Shown: positions 18,029-26,339 of the stretch, piece by piece | Numbering within the stretch: the first letter of the stretch is position 1 | How the letters are laid out: each line of letters begins with the position of its first letter | Origin: Oscillospiraceae bacterium | GTDB taxonomy: Bacteria; Bacillota; Clostridia; Oscillospirales; UBA929 | Length of the DNA: 64,000 nt | Direction of reading: 5' to 3' | NCBI GenBank assembly: GCA_031550325.1 | Contig: JAVBOR010000018.1 | Span: forward strand, 270-64,269 | Notes under the pieces: generated by a model | Databases searched by the model: none | The model's input: the letters and a program-made list of their open reading frames with translations, nothing else | What the model was told of the DNA's origin: nothing | Translations under genes and position numbers: made by a program

Positions 18029-19477
18029 TCAAGTGGTCGCGAGGCTGACTGCGTCCTTCCACCGCTCTCGTTTTTTAGCCCGAACTTCGGGTGCCATTTG
18101 GGGATAGTAGCGGGTTCTCTCCACCGAACTGAACAGAGCCTCCCGCGTATAGATGCCGCAGGCCATCCCGGCAAGATAGGCGGCGCCCATGACAGAGAGC
18201 TCCTCCTCCCGGCGGATGTCCATTCTGACGTTGGAGATGTCGCTTTGAAACTGCATCAGGTAGCCGTCTCTCGTGGGCCCGCCGTCGGCGAAAAGTCCCT
18301 CGATTGCCACCCCGCTGTCGCTCCGCATGGCCTGAAGGACGTCGTCAATCTGGAAAGCGATGCTCTCCTCGGCGGCTTTGATGATCTCGCTGCGTCCGGT
18401 AGTTCTGGACATCCCGCAAAGGATGGCCTTCGCGCCGTCGTTCCAGTGGGGCGCGCCAAGGCCGGAAAACGCCGGAACCAGAACCGTGGTGTCCTCCGGG
18501 TTGGCAGCCGCGAGCGCAGGCTGAATGTCCCTGTGCGAGGCAATGAGCTTAAGGTCGTCCTTAAGCCAGCTCATCACGGCGCCTGTGTAGTTGATGTTGC
18601 CCTCCAGCACATAGTCGACCGTCCCGTCGATTCCCCACGCCAGAGAGGTGGCCAGCCCGTTTTGACTGCCCGCGTATTGCCTGCCGATGTTCATCATAAT
18701 CGAGGAGCCCGTGCCATAGGTCGTCTTGACCATGCCCCTGTCGTGGCAGCCCTGTCCGAACAGCGCTCCGTGCGAATCGCCGATGACGCCGTGAATGGGG
18801 ACTTTGTGGTCAAAAAGGCCCTCCATGTCCGTGTGGCCGAAGACAGCGTTGCTGTCGCAGACCTCCGGTAATGACGCCATAGGCACGCCGAACAAAGCGC
18901 AGAGCTCTGCGTCCCACGCCAGCGTGTGCAGGTTAAACAGCTGGGTGCGCGACGCGTTGGAAAAGTCAGTCTTGAACATCTCGCCGCCGGTCAGCTTGTA
19001 CACGAGCCAGCTGTCCACGGTGCCGAGCAGGCAGCTCTCCCCCCGGGCGGCGTGCCTCAGCAGCCAGGCCATCTTCCCGGCGGGGAAATACGGGGACAGG
19101 GGAAGCCCTGTCTTCTCGAGAATATGTTTTGCGTGGGGCTGGAGAGCGTCGGTGATCTCCTTGGCGCGGGCGCACTGCCATACAACCGCCTTGTCAATGG
19201 GCAGGCCTTCTTTGTCCCAGGCGACGGTGGTCTCCCGCTGGTTGCTGATCCCGATGGCCGCGACGGCGTCCTTTGAGACGCCGGTCTGCTCGAGGACATC
19301 CCGGGCGGCTTGAATCACATTGCCGTAAATCTCCCCGGCATCGTGGGACACAAAGCCCCGGTCGCTGATGTACTGCCGGTGTTCGCGGTCAGCCCGGCCA
19401 ACAATGCCGCCGGACTCGTCAAACAAAACGGCCTTGGTTCCCTGCGTGCTTTGATCGATCCCCAAAATGTACTTCAT
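18029..19477 (-). CDS. FGGY family (glycerol kinase-like) carbohydrate kinase, apulose kinase-like
   Basis: IDQSTQGTK, ISNQRETT, TDFSNASRT, KTTYGTG, DGG. Confidence 0.85.
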   Translation of the reverse strand: MKYILGIDQSTQGTKAVLFDESGGIVGRADREHRQYISDRGFVSHDAGEIYGNVIQAARDVLEQTGVSKDAVAAIGISNQRETTVAWDKEGLPIDKAVVWQCARAKEITDALQPHAKHILEKTGLPLSPYFPAGKMAWLLRHAARGESCLLGTVDSWLVYKLTGGEMFKTDFSNASRTQLFNLHTLAWDAELCALFGVPMASLPEVCDSNAVFGHTDMEGLFDHKVPIHGVIGDSHGALFGQGCHDRGMVKTTYGTGSSIMMNIGRQYAGSQNGLATSLAWGIDGTVDYVLEGNINYTGAVMSWLKDDLKLIASHRDIQPALAAANPEDTTVLVPAFSGLGAPHWNDGAKAILCGMSRTTGRSEIIKAAEESIAFQIDDVLQAMRSDSGVAIEGLFADGGPTRDGYLMQFQSDISNVRMDIRREEELSVMGAAYLAGMACGIYTREALFSSVERTRYYPQMAPEVRAKKRERWKDAVSLATT

Positions 19478-19478
19478 T

Positions 19479-20411
19479 TCACACCTCGGCAAGCGTATCT
19501 TTTACTTTTTGGGCGATGCCGCCGGCATCCATGCCATAGTGCGCGAACACCTCGTTGTTTTCCCCCGCGATAATATGGCCGTCCGGCAGGGAGATCGGCA
19601 AAAGCCTTTTGGGGTTCTTTACCGAAAGCACCTGCGAGACAAGGCTGGACAGCCCGCCAAAGGGGCAGTGCTCCTCGACGGTGACAACCAGCTTAGCGCG
19701 CGCCGCCGCGAGAACGGCCCTCTCGTCCAGCGGCTTGAGGCAGTACATGTCTGTGACGCCGGCGCTGATATTCATGTCCCGCAGCAGGGCGGCGGCCCGT
19801 ACCGCGCGGGGAACCATCTCTCCGCAGGCGATGATCGCGGCGTCGGAGCCCTCCGAGAGGACGCACGCCCTGTCAAGCGCAAAGGGCAGGCTCTCGTCAT
19901 ACACATCCTGCGTGGCCGAGCGGCTTACCCGCACATAAGAGGGCTTTTCGTCCTGCATCAGCGCTTTTATGAGCTTTGCGGTCTGGAAGCGGTCGCTGGG
20001 CAGGTACACTCGCATGCCCGGCAGCGCGGTCATGGCGGCGACGTCCTGCAGCGAGTGGTGGGTCATCCCGAGGGCGCCGTAGCTGACCCCTCCGCTGATG
20101 CCCAGCAAAAGCACGTTGGTGCCCGAGTAGGCCACGTCGATCTTTGCCTGCTCGTAGCTTCTGGTGGAGAGAAAGCTTGCCGGCGAGGCGGCGATCACTT
20201 TCTTGCCGCAGGCGGCAAGCCCCGCGGCGACGGACACCAGATTCTGCTCGGCGATGCCGATCTCCACAAACTGCTTTGGATAGCGCTCGGCAAAGGGGGT
20301 CAGGGAGGCCGAGCCGCGCGAATCCGAGCAGAGCACGACGATATCCCTGTCCTGTTCGGCAAGGGCCATCAGGGTGTCGCAGACGGCCTGCCTGTTTGTC
20401 ATGGTGTTCAC
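19479..20411 (-). CDS. Transketolase C-terminal (pyrimidine-binding) subunit, AptB-like
   Basis: SDSRGSASL, GIAEQNL, THHSLQD, VEEH. Confidence 0.88.
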   Translation of the reverse strand: MNTMTNRQAVCDTLMALAEQDRDIVVLCSDSRGSASLTPFAERYPKQFVEIGIAEQNLVSVAAGLAACGKKVIAASPASFLSTRSYEQAKIDVAYSGTNVLLLGISGGVSYGALGMTHHSLQDVAAMTALPGMRVYLPSDRFQTAKLIKALMQDEKPSYVRVSRSATQDVYDESLPFALDRACVLSEGSDAAIIACGEMVPRAVRAAALLRDMNISAGVTDMYCLKPLDERAVLAAARAKLVVTVEEHCPFGGLSSLVSQVLSVKNPKRLLPISLPDGHIIAGENNEVFAHYGMDAGGIAQKVKDTLAEV

Positions 20412-21226
20412 TTCAGCGCCTCCTCAAGCTCCGATACGGCCTGCCTGTACTGCGTCTCACTGAGCACGCCGTGGTGCCAGCCGGCCCGGTTTTCCATGAA
20501 GGAAACGCCCTTGCCCTTGCAAGTGCGGGCAATGACCGCCGTGGGCCTCTCCTTGCAGGCCCCGGCCCGCCGAAACGCGTCAAGCAGCTGGACGCAATCG
20601 TTGCCGTCGGCAGCCTCGGTCACATGCCAGCCGAACTCTCTGAACTTGGCGGCCAAATCGCCGCTGTCCATGACGTCTTTGGTCTGGCCGCTGATTTGCA
20701 GGCCGTTGCAGTCGACCACCGCGCAAAGATTGTCCAGCCCGTAGTGGCCGGCGGCCATCATGCCCTCGTAGTTGGAGCCCTCGGCCATCTCGCCGTCGCC
20801 CAGAACCACATAGGTGCGATAGCTTCGCCCGTCCATTTTGGCGGCGAGCGCCATGCCGACGCCGACGGAAATGCCGTGGCCAAGGGAACCCGAGTTGATC
20901 TCGATCCCCGGCACATCGGTGTTGGGGTGGCCGATAAACCTGGAGTCGAACCGGCTGAAGGTCTCGATGGCCTGCCGCTTGTTAAAGTAGCCTTTCTCCC
21001 CAAGCACGCAGTACAGGGCGCCGACGCAGTGGCCCTTACTGAGCAGGAGTCTGTCCCTGTCGGGGTCTTTTGGCCGCTCGGGGAAGACGTTCATCACCGC
21101 GAAGTAGAGTACCGTGAGGATGTCGACGACGCTCAGGTCACCGCCCACATGCCCCGCCCGGGAGAGATAGTCCATGTCGACAATGTCTTTGCGCAAGTTT
21201 GCCGCCACTTTGGCCAGATGCTCCAT
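20408..21226 (-). CDS. Transketolase N-terminal (TPP-binding) subunit, AptA-like
   Basis: GHVGGDLS, DRDRLLLSKGH, GSLGHG, GDGEMAEG..N, KGKG...WHH. Confidence 0.9.
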   Translation of the reverse strand: MEHLAKVAANLRKDIVDMDYLSRAGHVGGDLSVVDILTVLYFAVMNVFPERPKDPDRDRLLLSKGHCVGALYCVLGEKGYFNKRQAIETFSRFDSRFIGHPNTDVPGIEINSGSLGHGISVGVGMALAAKMDGRSYRTYVVLGDGEMAEGSNYEGMMAAGHYGLDNLCAVVDCNGLQISGQTKDVMDSGDLAAKFREFGWHVTEAADGNDCVQLLDAFRRAGACKERPTAVIARTCKGKGVSFMENRAGWHHGVLSETQYRQAVSELEEALK

Positions 21227-21236
21227 GCAGCGCCTC

Positions 21237-22016
21237 CTACCTGATGGTGAAACCACCGTCAATCACGAGGTTTTCGCCGGTGATCATGTTGGATTCGGGG
21301 CAGGAGAGGAACAAAATGGAGGCTGCGATCTCGTCTACCTCGGCAAAACGGTTGGCGGGGATGGCCTGGATCATGTCGTCCTTGACCTTGCCCTGCCAGG
21401 CGCGCTCTCCCATATAGGTGCGGACTACGGTGGGCGCAACGGCGTTGACGTTGATCCCGAACTCCGCCCACTCCAGCGCGCAGACCTTCACCATGCCGAT
21501 CAGGGCGGCCTTGCTCATGGTGTAGCCGACGTGCTTGTCGATGGCGATAAAGCTGGCCTGTGAGCCCACGCAGACGATCTTGCCGCCCTTGCCCTGCTTA
21601 ATCATCACGTTGGCCACCTTCTGGCAGAGCCTGAACACGCTCAGCGCGTTGACGTTCATCTGGTGCTCCACATGGACAAAATCAATGTCCTCGGCGTTGT
21701 CGAGATCCACGCGCCCCGCCACGTTGGCCAGAATGCCAATCTCGCCGAATGTCTCCAGCGCCGTGTTCACTATGTTGTCCATGTCGTCGGGATTCGTCAG
21801 GTCGGCCTGCACGCCGACGGCCTGAATACCATAGTCGCGCGCAATGGAGGCGGCCACCTCCGCCACGTTGTCCTTGATGTCCGCCAGGACAAGATGCGCG
21901 CCCTTTTGGGCGTACATCCGGGCGGTCGCTTCGCCGATGCCCCCGGCCCCGCCCGTGACAATGGCGACTTTTCCGGACAGATCAAATGCGCCTGTTACTT
22001 TTTCATACGCGATCAT
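21237..22016 (-). CDS. SDR dehydrogenase, D-threitol dehydrogenase (DthD/GolD)-like
   Basis: TGGAGGIG, YTMSK, SQA..IA..KHV and ITGENLVIDGGFTI. Confidence 0.85.
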   Translation of the reverse strand: MIAYEKVTGAFDLSGKVAIVTGGAGGIGEATARMYAQKGAHLVLADIKDNVAEVAASIARDYGIQAVGVQADLTNPDDMDNIVNTALETFGEIGILANVAGRVDLDNAEDIDFVHVEHQMNVNALSVFRLCQKVANVMIKQGKGGKIVCVGSQASFIAIDKHVGYTMSKAALIGMVKVCALEWAEFGINVNAVAPTVVRTYMGERAWQGKVKDDMIQAIPANRFAEVDEIAASILFLSCPESNMITGENLVIDGGFTIR

Positions 22017-22051
22017 TTCTCAGCAACTCCTTTTGTGTTCTGTTTTACTGA

Positions 22052-22080
22052 ATGGTATCACTAAATGACCCATATGTAAA
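22052..22080 (-). promoter_or_regulatory. sigA-type promoter of the polyol operon
   Basis: TTTACA-17bp-TACCAT with an extended TG on the minus strand; TAGTAAAC motif overlaps the -35. Confidence 0.6.
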
Positions 22081-22205
22081 TAGTAAACATCACAGATTTC
22101 AAGCGGAAAAACGGCCGGCGACAAGGGTGATGAAAGCGCCGGGGCCGAGATGCGGCAGGGGCTTGTCCTGAAAAGTTTCCGTTTACTAAACGGTTAATAA
22201 AATGA

Positions 22206-22234
22206 TTGACACGATTTTGCCCGGACACTATAAT
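22206..22234 (+). promoter_or_regulatory. Consensus sigA promoter of the LacI gene
   Basis: TTGACA-17bp-TATAAT; near-palindrome GTTTACTAAAC just upstream (about 22181-22191). Confidence 0.85.
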
Positions 22235-22275
22235 GAAAAGGAGAGTGCCGATAACACGATGATGAGGGTTTCGCC

Positions 22276-23304
22276 ATGACCAACAAAGAGATTGCCCGGT
22301 GTCTGGAGATCTCACCGGCAGCGCTGTCTCTGATCCTGAACAACAAAACGGGCGTTTCGGATGCCACTCGCAGGCGTGTGCTGGCGAAAATAGACGAGAT
22401 GGGTTATTCTCACCTCGTTAAAAGGAGCGCGCAGCAGAGCCCCAACCTGTGCTTTGTGGTCTACAAGCGGCATGGGGAAATCCTGGATCAGCATCCCTTT
22501 TTCCTGCTTTTGATGGAGAGCATTGAAAGTCAGGCGAGAAAGTACGGCTACAGCATTTTGCTCACGACCATCGACAACCGGAACCCGATCCAGCCCCAGG
22601 TGGCGCGCCTGGACGGCATGGACGCCCGGGGGGCGATTATCTTTGCGACTGAGATGCTCCAGCAGGACCTCTCGTTTTTCGATCAGTTGAGCATGCCCTT
22701 TATCGCGCTGGACAACGACTTTACCTGGTTTAACATCAATACGGTCTCGATCAACAACCAGATGGGAACGTATCAGGCCATCCGGCATCTGGCGGAGCTG
22801 GGGCACAAAAAGATCGGGTATCTGCGGTGCGGTGTGCGCATCAGCAGCTTTGCCGAGAGGGAAAAGGGCTTCAAAGACGCCCTGGAGGCGTACGCGCTCG
22901 AGCTGGAGCCGCGCTTTGTCTGCGACGTCAGATACACCGTCGAGGGAAGCTTCCAGGACTTCAAAAAGTTTCTGGCGGCGGCCCCGGAGCTTCCCACCGC
23001 GTTTGTCACGGATGACGACACCATTGCCTGGGGCGTGATGAAGGCGCTGCAGGAGGCTGGATTCTCCATTCCCGGGGACGTCTCCCTCGTCGGCTTTAAC
23101 GACCGGCCTGACTGCGAGATCACCATGCCGCCGCTGACGTCGGTCAACGTGCCCAGGCTGTCCTTTGGAAACGAGGCGATCGATCATTTGATGCGGCTGA
23201 TCAAGAAGCGCGAGCAGTCCGAAACAAACGGCAGGTCGAAGAAGACGCGCATCGCCACGCAGCTGGTCATTCGGGGAACGACCAGAGCTTGCGGCGCTGA
23301 ATAA
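22276..23304 (+). CDS. LacI family transcriptional regulator
   Basis: N-terminal HTH (NKEIARCLEISPAALSLILN) and periplasmic-binding-protein-like sugar-binding domain. Confidence 0.93.
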   Translation: MTNKEIARCLEISPAALSLILNNKTGVSDATRRRVLAKIDEMGYSHLVKRSAQQSPNLCFVVYKRHGEILDQHPFFLLLMESIESQARKYGYSILLTTIDNRNPIQPQVARLDGMDARGAIIFATEMLQQDLSFFDQLSMPFIALDNDFTWFNINTVSINNQMGTYQAIRHLAELGHKKIGYLRCGVRISSFAEREKGFKDALEAYALELEPRFVCDVRYTVEGSFQDFKKFLAAAPELPTAFVTDDDTIAWGVMKALQEAGFSIPGDVSLVGFNDRPDCEITMPPLTSVNVPRLSFGNEAIDHLMRLIKKREQSETNGRSKKTRIATQLVIRGTTRACGAE

Positions 23305-23418
23305 GATTCGGCCACTCTGGCAGAATGGCTTATGAGGCGCGCTTTTTGGAAAACGATGTAAAAACAGGTTCTATTTCCCTTGACTGGTGAATCCATTACA
23401 CCAAAGGGGGGAGCAGCC

Positions 23419-24045
23419 GTGGGCATTTTTGGCAGAAACGAGCGTTTCCAGAAGAGGGGCTCCGCCGTGCCGCCCGAGAGGCTGTTGGTGTTTCTGGCGC
23501 ACTACAAGGCGGTCAATCCCATGTACGGCGCCGGCAGCCGGCAGGAGTTTGAGGATCATCCCGACCATCAAAAAGTTAGAGCCATGCAGCTGGAGCTCGA
23601 GGGCCGCTTTGTCGAGCGGCGCACGGGGTTTGCCGGGGGAGGGCGGGCGCAGTGCATCTTCGGCAGGCGCGCTGCCCACATGAGGCCGCTGACCTGGAAT
23701 CCCCAAGAGACGGGGACCGTGTATCCGTTCCAATGGTATGACAGGGTTTTGGGGGTAAATGACGCCGACGACGGGCGTGTTTTGGAGAAGATGGACTTGT
23801 TCCTCCGGCTTCGCTATCTCGCGGGCGCTGCTCCGGACGAGCGCCGCCTGTTTATGCAGCGGGCCGGCCCTTCTTTTGAGGTTCTCTTCAACCCAAATAG
23901 CCGCAAAATGATGACCGTGCGGTCGGAGGCGCTGTCAACGGCCTTTTGCCTTGTGCTGGTGCCCAACGTGCGCCCGGCCGGCGCCTCTGGAGGCTTGCTC
24001 AGCGAATCCGCCGCGGCCGGCGGCGTTGTACAAAGGAAGGAGTGA
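23419..24045 (+). CDS. Hypothetical protein, no family recognised
   Basis: GTG start after a purine-rich RBS; stop overlaps the RBS of the next gene. Confidence 0.65.
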   Translation: MGIFGRNERFQKRGSAVPPERLLVFLAHYKAVNPMYGAGSRQEFEDHPDHQKVRAMQLELEGRFVERRTGFAGGGRAQCIFGRRAAHMRPLTWNPQETGTVYPFQWYDRVLGVNDADDGRVLEKMDLFLRLRYLAGAAPDERRLFMQRAGPSFEVLFNPNSRKMMTVRSEALSTAFCLVLVPNVRPAGASGGLLSESAAAGGVVQRKE

Positions 24046-24050
24046 TTCTT

Positions 24051-25283
24051 GTGGAGTCGGCCAGACTGCCGCCCGCAGAGCGCTGCGCCGGAGACTGCGG
24101 CGAGCCGGACAGGCTCGTCTGCCACGAGTGCGTGGGCGACTACGCGCTGCGCCGCTTTATCAGGCAAAACGGGGCGCGCGGGCGCTGCGATTATTGCGGC
24201 AGGAGCCGCAATAGTATTCGGCTGGGGGCGCTCATGGAACCCGTGATGGACGGCATACGGAGCCAGTACAGCGACGCCCCGAAGACGCATGAAGACCCCG
24301 GGGTGGGCAGTCTGCCGACATATGACGGCTATGATCTGATTTGCGATGAGCTGGCCGGGGAGTTGGACATCCCAAACCCCGACCTTTTGCGCGACATCGC
24401 CCGGCTGATGGACAGCCAAACCATCTGGTATGTGAACAGTTTTTTCGAGGGCAGCGAGGACGAGGACGCATACTATTCGTGGGAGCTCTTTTCAAGGCTG
24501 GTAAAGGAAGAGGCGCGCTATGTCTTTTACTCGCTGCCAGCCGAGCAGGACAGGCCGGTGGGCTCTTCCCCGGTGCAGATCCTGGACGTCATCAGGGGAT
24601 ATGTCGATCTGCTCAGGCTCGTCCATCCGGTTTCGCCCGAAAGCCACAAGATATACAGAGGCAGGGCCCACGGCCCAGAGACCAGCTTCACCGCGGTGGA
24701 GGAGTTTTGCCCTCCCGACCGCCTGAGGGCGAAGGCCAACCGGATGAGCCCGGAGGGCATCCCCATGTTTTACGGGGCGTATGAAAAGGAAACGGTTCTG
24801 GCGGAGATTTACAGCGCGGAGCAGGAGTGCGCCACCGTGGCGGAGTTCAGCCTGCAGCGCCCCATTCAGGTGCTTGACCTGACCATCCCGTTCAGGCGCG
24901 CGCTTCCCAGCCTGTTTGACAAGGAAAAGAGGGCGCAGCGATACCCGCTGCTGTTTCTGCGGCGCTTTGCCGAGGCCATCTCAAAGCCGACGCGCGGCCA
25001 AGACGGCATAGAGTATGTCCCAAGCCAGGTGGTCACCGAGTTTTTTAAGCATGTTTACAGGACGCGTGACGGGATAAAGCTGGACGGCATCGTCTACAAA
25101 AGCGCGAAACGGGAGAACGGGCGCTGCATTGTGCTGTTTATCGGTAAGGAGGGCTGCGCCGAACGCCACGAGAACCCTGAAAACAAACCGGCAAAAGATG
25201 CGCCCTTCCGCCCGCCTCTTTTGCGGATGAATCCCAAAAAGCTGGTTCGAGTTCGCAAAGAGTGGTATACTGTGTCGGGGTGA
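24051..25283 (+). CDS. Zn-ribbon/HEPN-associated N-terminal domain + RES domain protein
   Basis: CHEC...CDYC pairs; RES signature YRGR, NRMSPEGIPMFYGA, EYVPSQ, GIVYKS. Confidence 0.85.
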   Translation: MESARLPPAERCAGDCGEPDRLVCHECVGDYALRRFIRQNGARGRCDYCGRSRNSIRLGALMEPVMDGIRSQYSDAPKTHEDPGVGSLPTYDGYDLICDELAGELDIPNPDLLRDIARLMDSQTIWYVNSFFEGSEDEDAYYSWELFSRLVKEEARYVFYSLPAEQDRPVGSSPVQILDVIRGYVDLLRLVHPVSPESHKIYRGRAHGPETSFTAVEEFCPPDRLRAKANRMSPEGIPMFYGAYEKETVLAEIYSAEQECATVAEFSLQRPIQVLDLTIPFRRALPSLFDKEKRAQRYPLLFLRRFAEAISKPTRGQDGIEYVPSQVVTEFFKHVYRTRDGIKLDGIVYKSAKRENGRCIVLFIGKEGCAERHENPENKPAKDAPFRPPLLRMNPKKLVRVRKEWYTVSG

Positions 25284-25383
25284 TGAAAATGGAAAGTATA
25301 ATCAAGCATCGCGCCGTTCTTCAAGAGGCTTCCGGCCGGGACGCAGGCCGTCGGAGCCTTCGCGCCGCCGAGGGCGCCTGTTT

Positions 25384-26037
25384 ATGACGCTTACGCTTTC
25401 GGAGCCCTCCCTGCTCACGATCGCGGCGCCCGACGGCTCCGGCGATATCGGAGGCTCGCAGCTCTGGTACGCCGACAAATGGCAGCGCTTATCGGGCTGC
25501 GGCCCTACGGCAGCCGCCAATCTCATGTGGTATCTTGCGGGGTCGAAGCCGGCGCTCAAAGGGCTCCGCCCTGTGGACGGCACCGGCAGAGAGAGCTTCC
25601 TCGCGCTGATGCAGAGGCTTTTCGAGTGCATTACGCCGGGCCCTCAGGGCGTCAACACCGCCGCGCTGTTTGTGACGGGCGCTCTGGCCTACGCGCGCGC
25701 GCAAGGCGTTTTTCTGGAGGCGCGGACGCTTGAGTTTTCCAAGTTCCCGCGGCCCAAGCCGTCCGAGGAAAGCATGAAGACCTTCCTCACAGCGGCGCTG
25801 ACCGATGACCTTCCCGTGGCCTTTTTAAACTTGTCCAACGGTAGCCTCGGCAATCTTGAAAGCTGGCACTGGGTGACGCTGATCTCGTTTGACCCCGACA
25901 CCCTGTGCGCGGGCGCTTGCGACCAGGGCAAGATGCTTGAGCTTGACCTGGCGGCGTGGCGAAAGACCAGCGTGCTCGGCGGCGCCATGGTTGCGCTGAC
26001 CGGCGCCGCTGTCCCGGCTGCGGACGAGGAGAAATAA
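25384..26037 (+). CDS. Peptidase C39-like (papain-fold) protein
   Basis: SGCGPTAAANL (Cys) and HWVT (His). Confidence 0.7.
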   Translation: MTLTLSEPSLLTIAAPDGSGDIGGSQLWYADKWQRLSGCGPTAAANLMWYLAGSKPALKGLRPVDGTGRESFLALMQRLFECITPGPQGVNTAALFVTGALAYARAQGVFLEARTLEFSKFPRPKPSEESMKTFLTAALTDDLPVAFLNLSNGSLGNLESWHWVTLISFDPDTLCAGACDQGKMLELDLAAWRKTSVLGGAMVALTGAAVPAADEEK

Positions 26038-26040
26038 TCA

Positions 26041-26307
26041 CCCCTGTTCTTTTCCTGGATTTGCGTCGGCCTGACGCCGAAGGCGGCGGGTTCTTGCTGG
26101 ACCGAAAATCGAAAAAGATTGAACCACGAGGCTTTCACGGATTTACTCCGGGAAAGCCTTTCTCTGCAAACCGCCACAGCGGTTTGATTCTGCTCCCGCT
26201 TTGTCAAAGAACCAAATGTTCTTTGACAGCCAAACCCCCGCTTTGTCGAAGCATTGGTTCTTTGACAGCCCAAAAGGCCCTGGAATCGGAGTGATTCCAG
26301 GGCCTTT
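26041..26307 (-). repeat. Modular hairpin element, full copy (P-R-Q-S) plus extra P/Q hairpins
   Basis: TGTCAAAGAACCAAATGTTCTTTGACA at 26202-26228; Q at 26130-26158; S at about 26046-26120. Confidence 0.9.
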
Positions 26308-26339
26308 GACCAAAGAAGCTGTGCAAAGAAGTCGGAACT

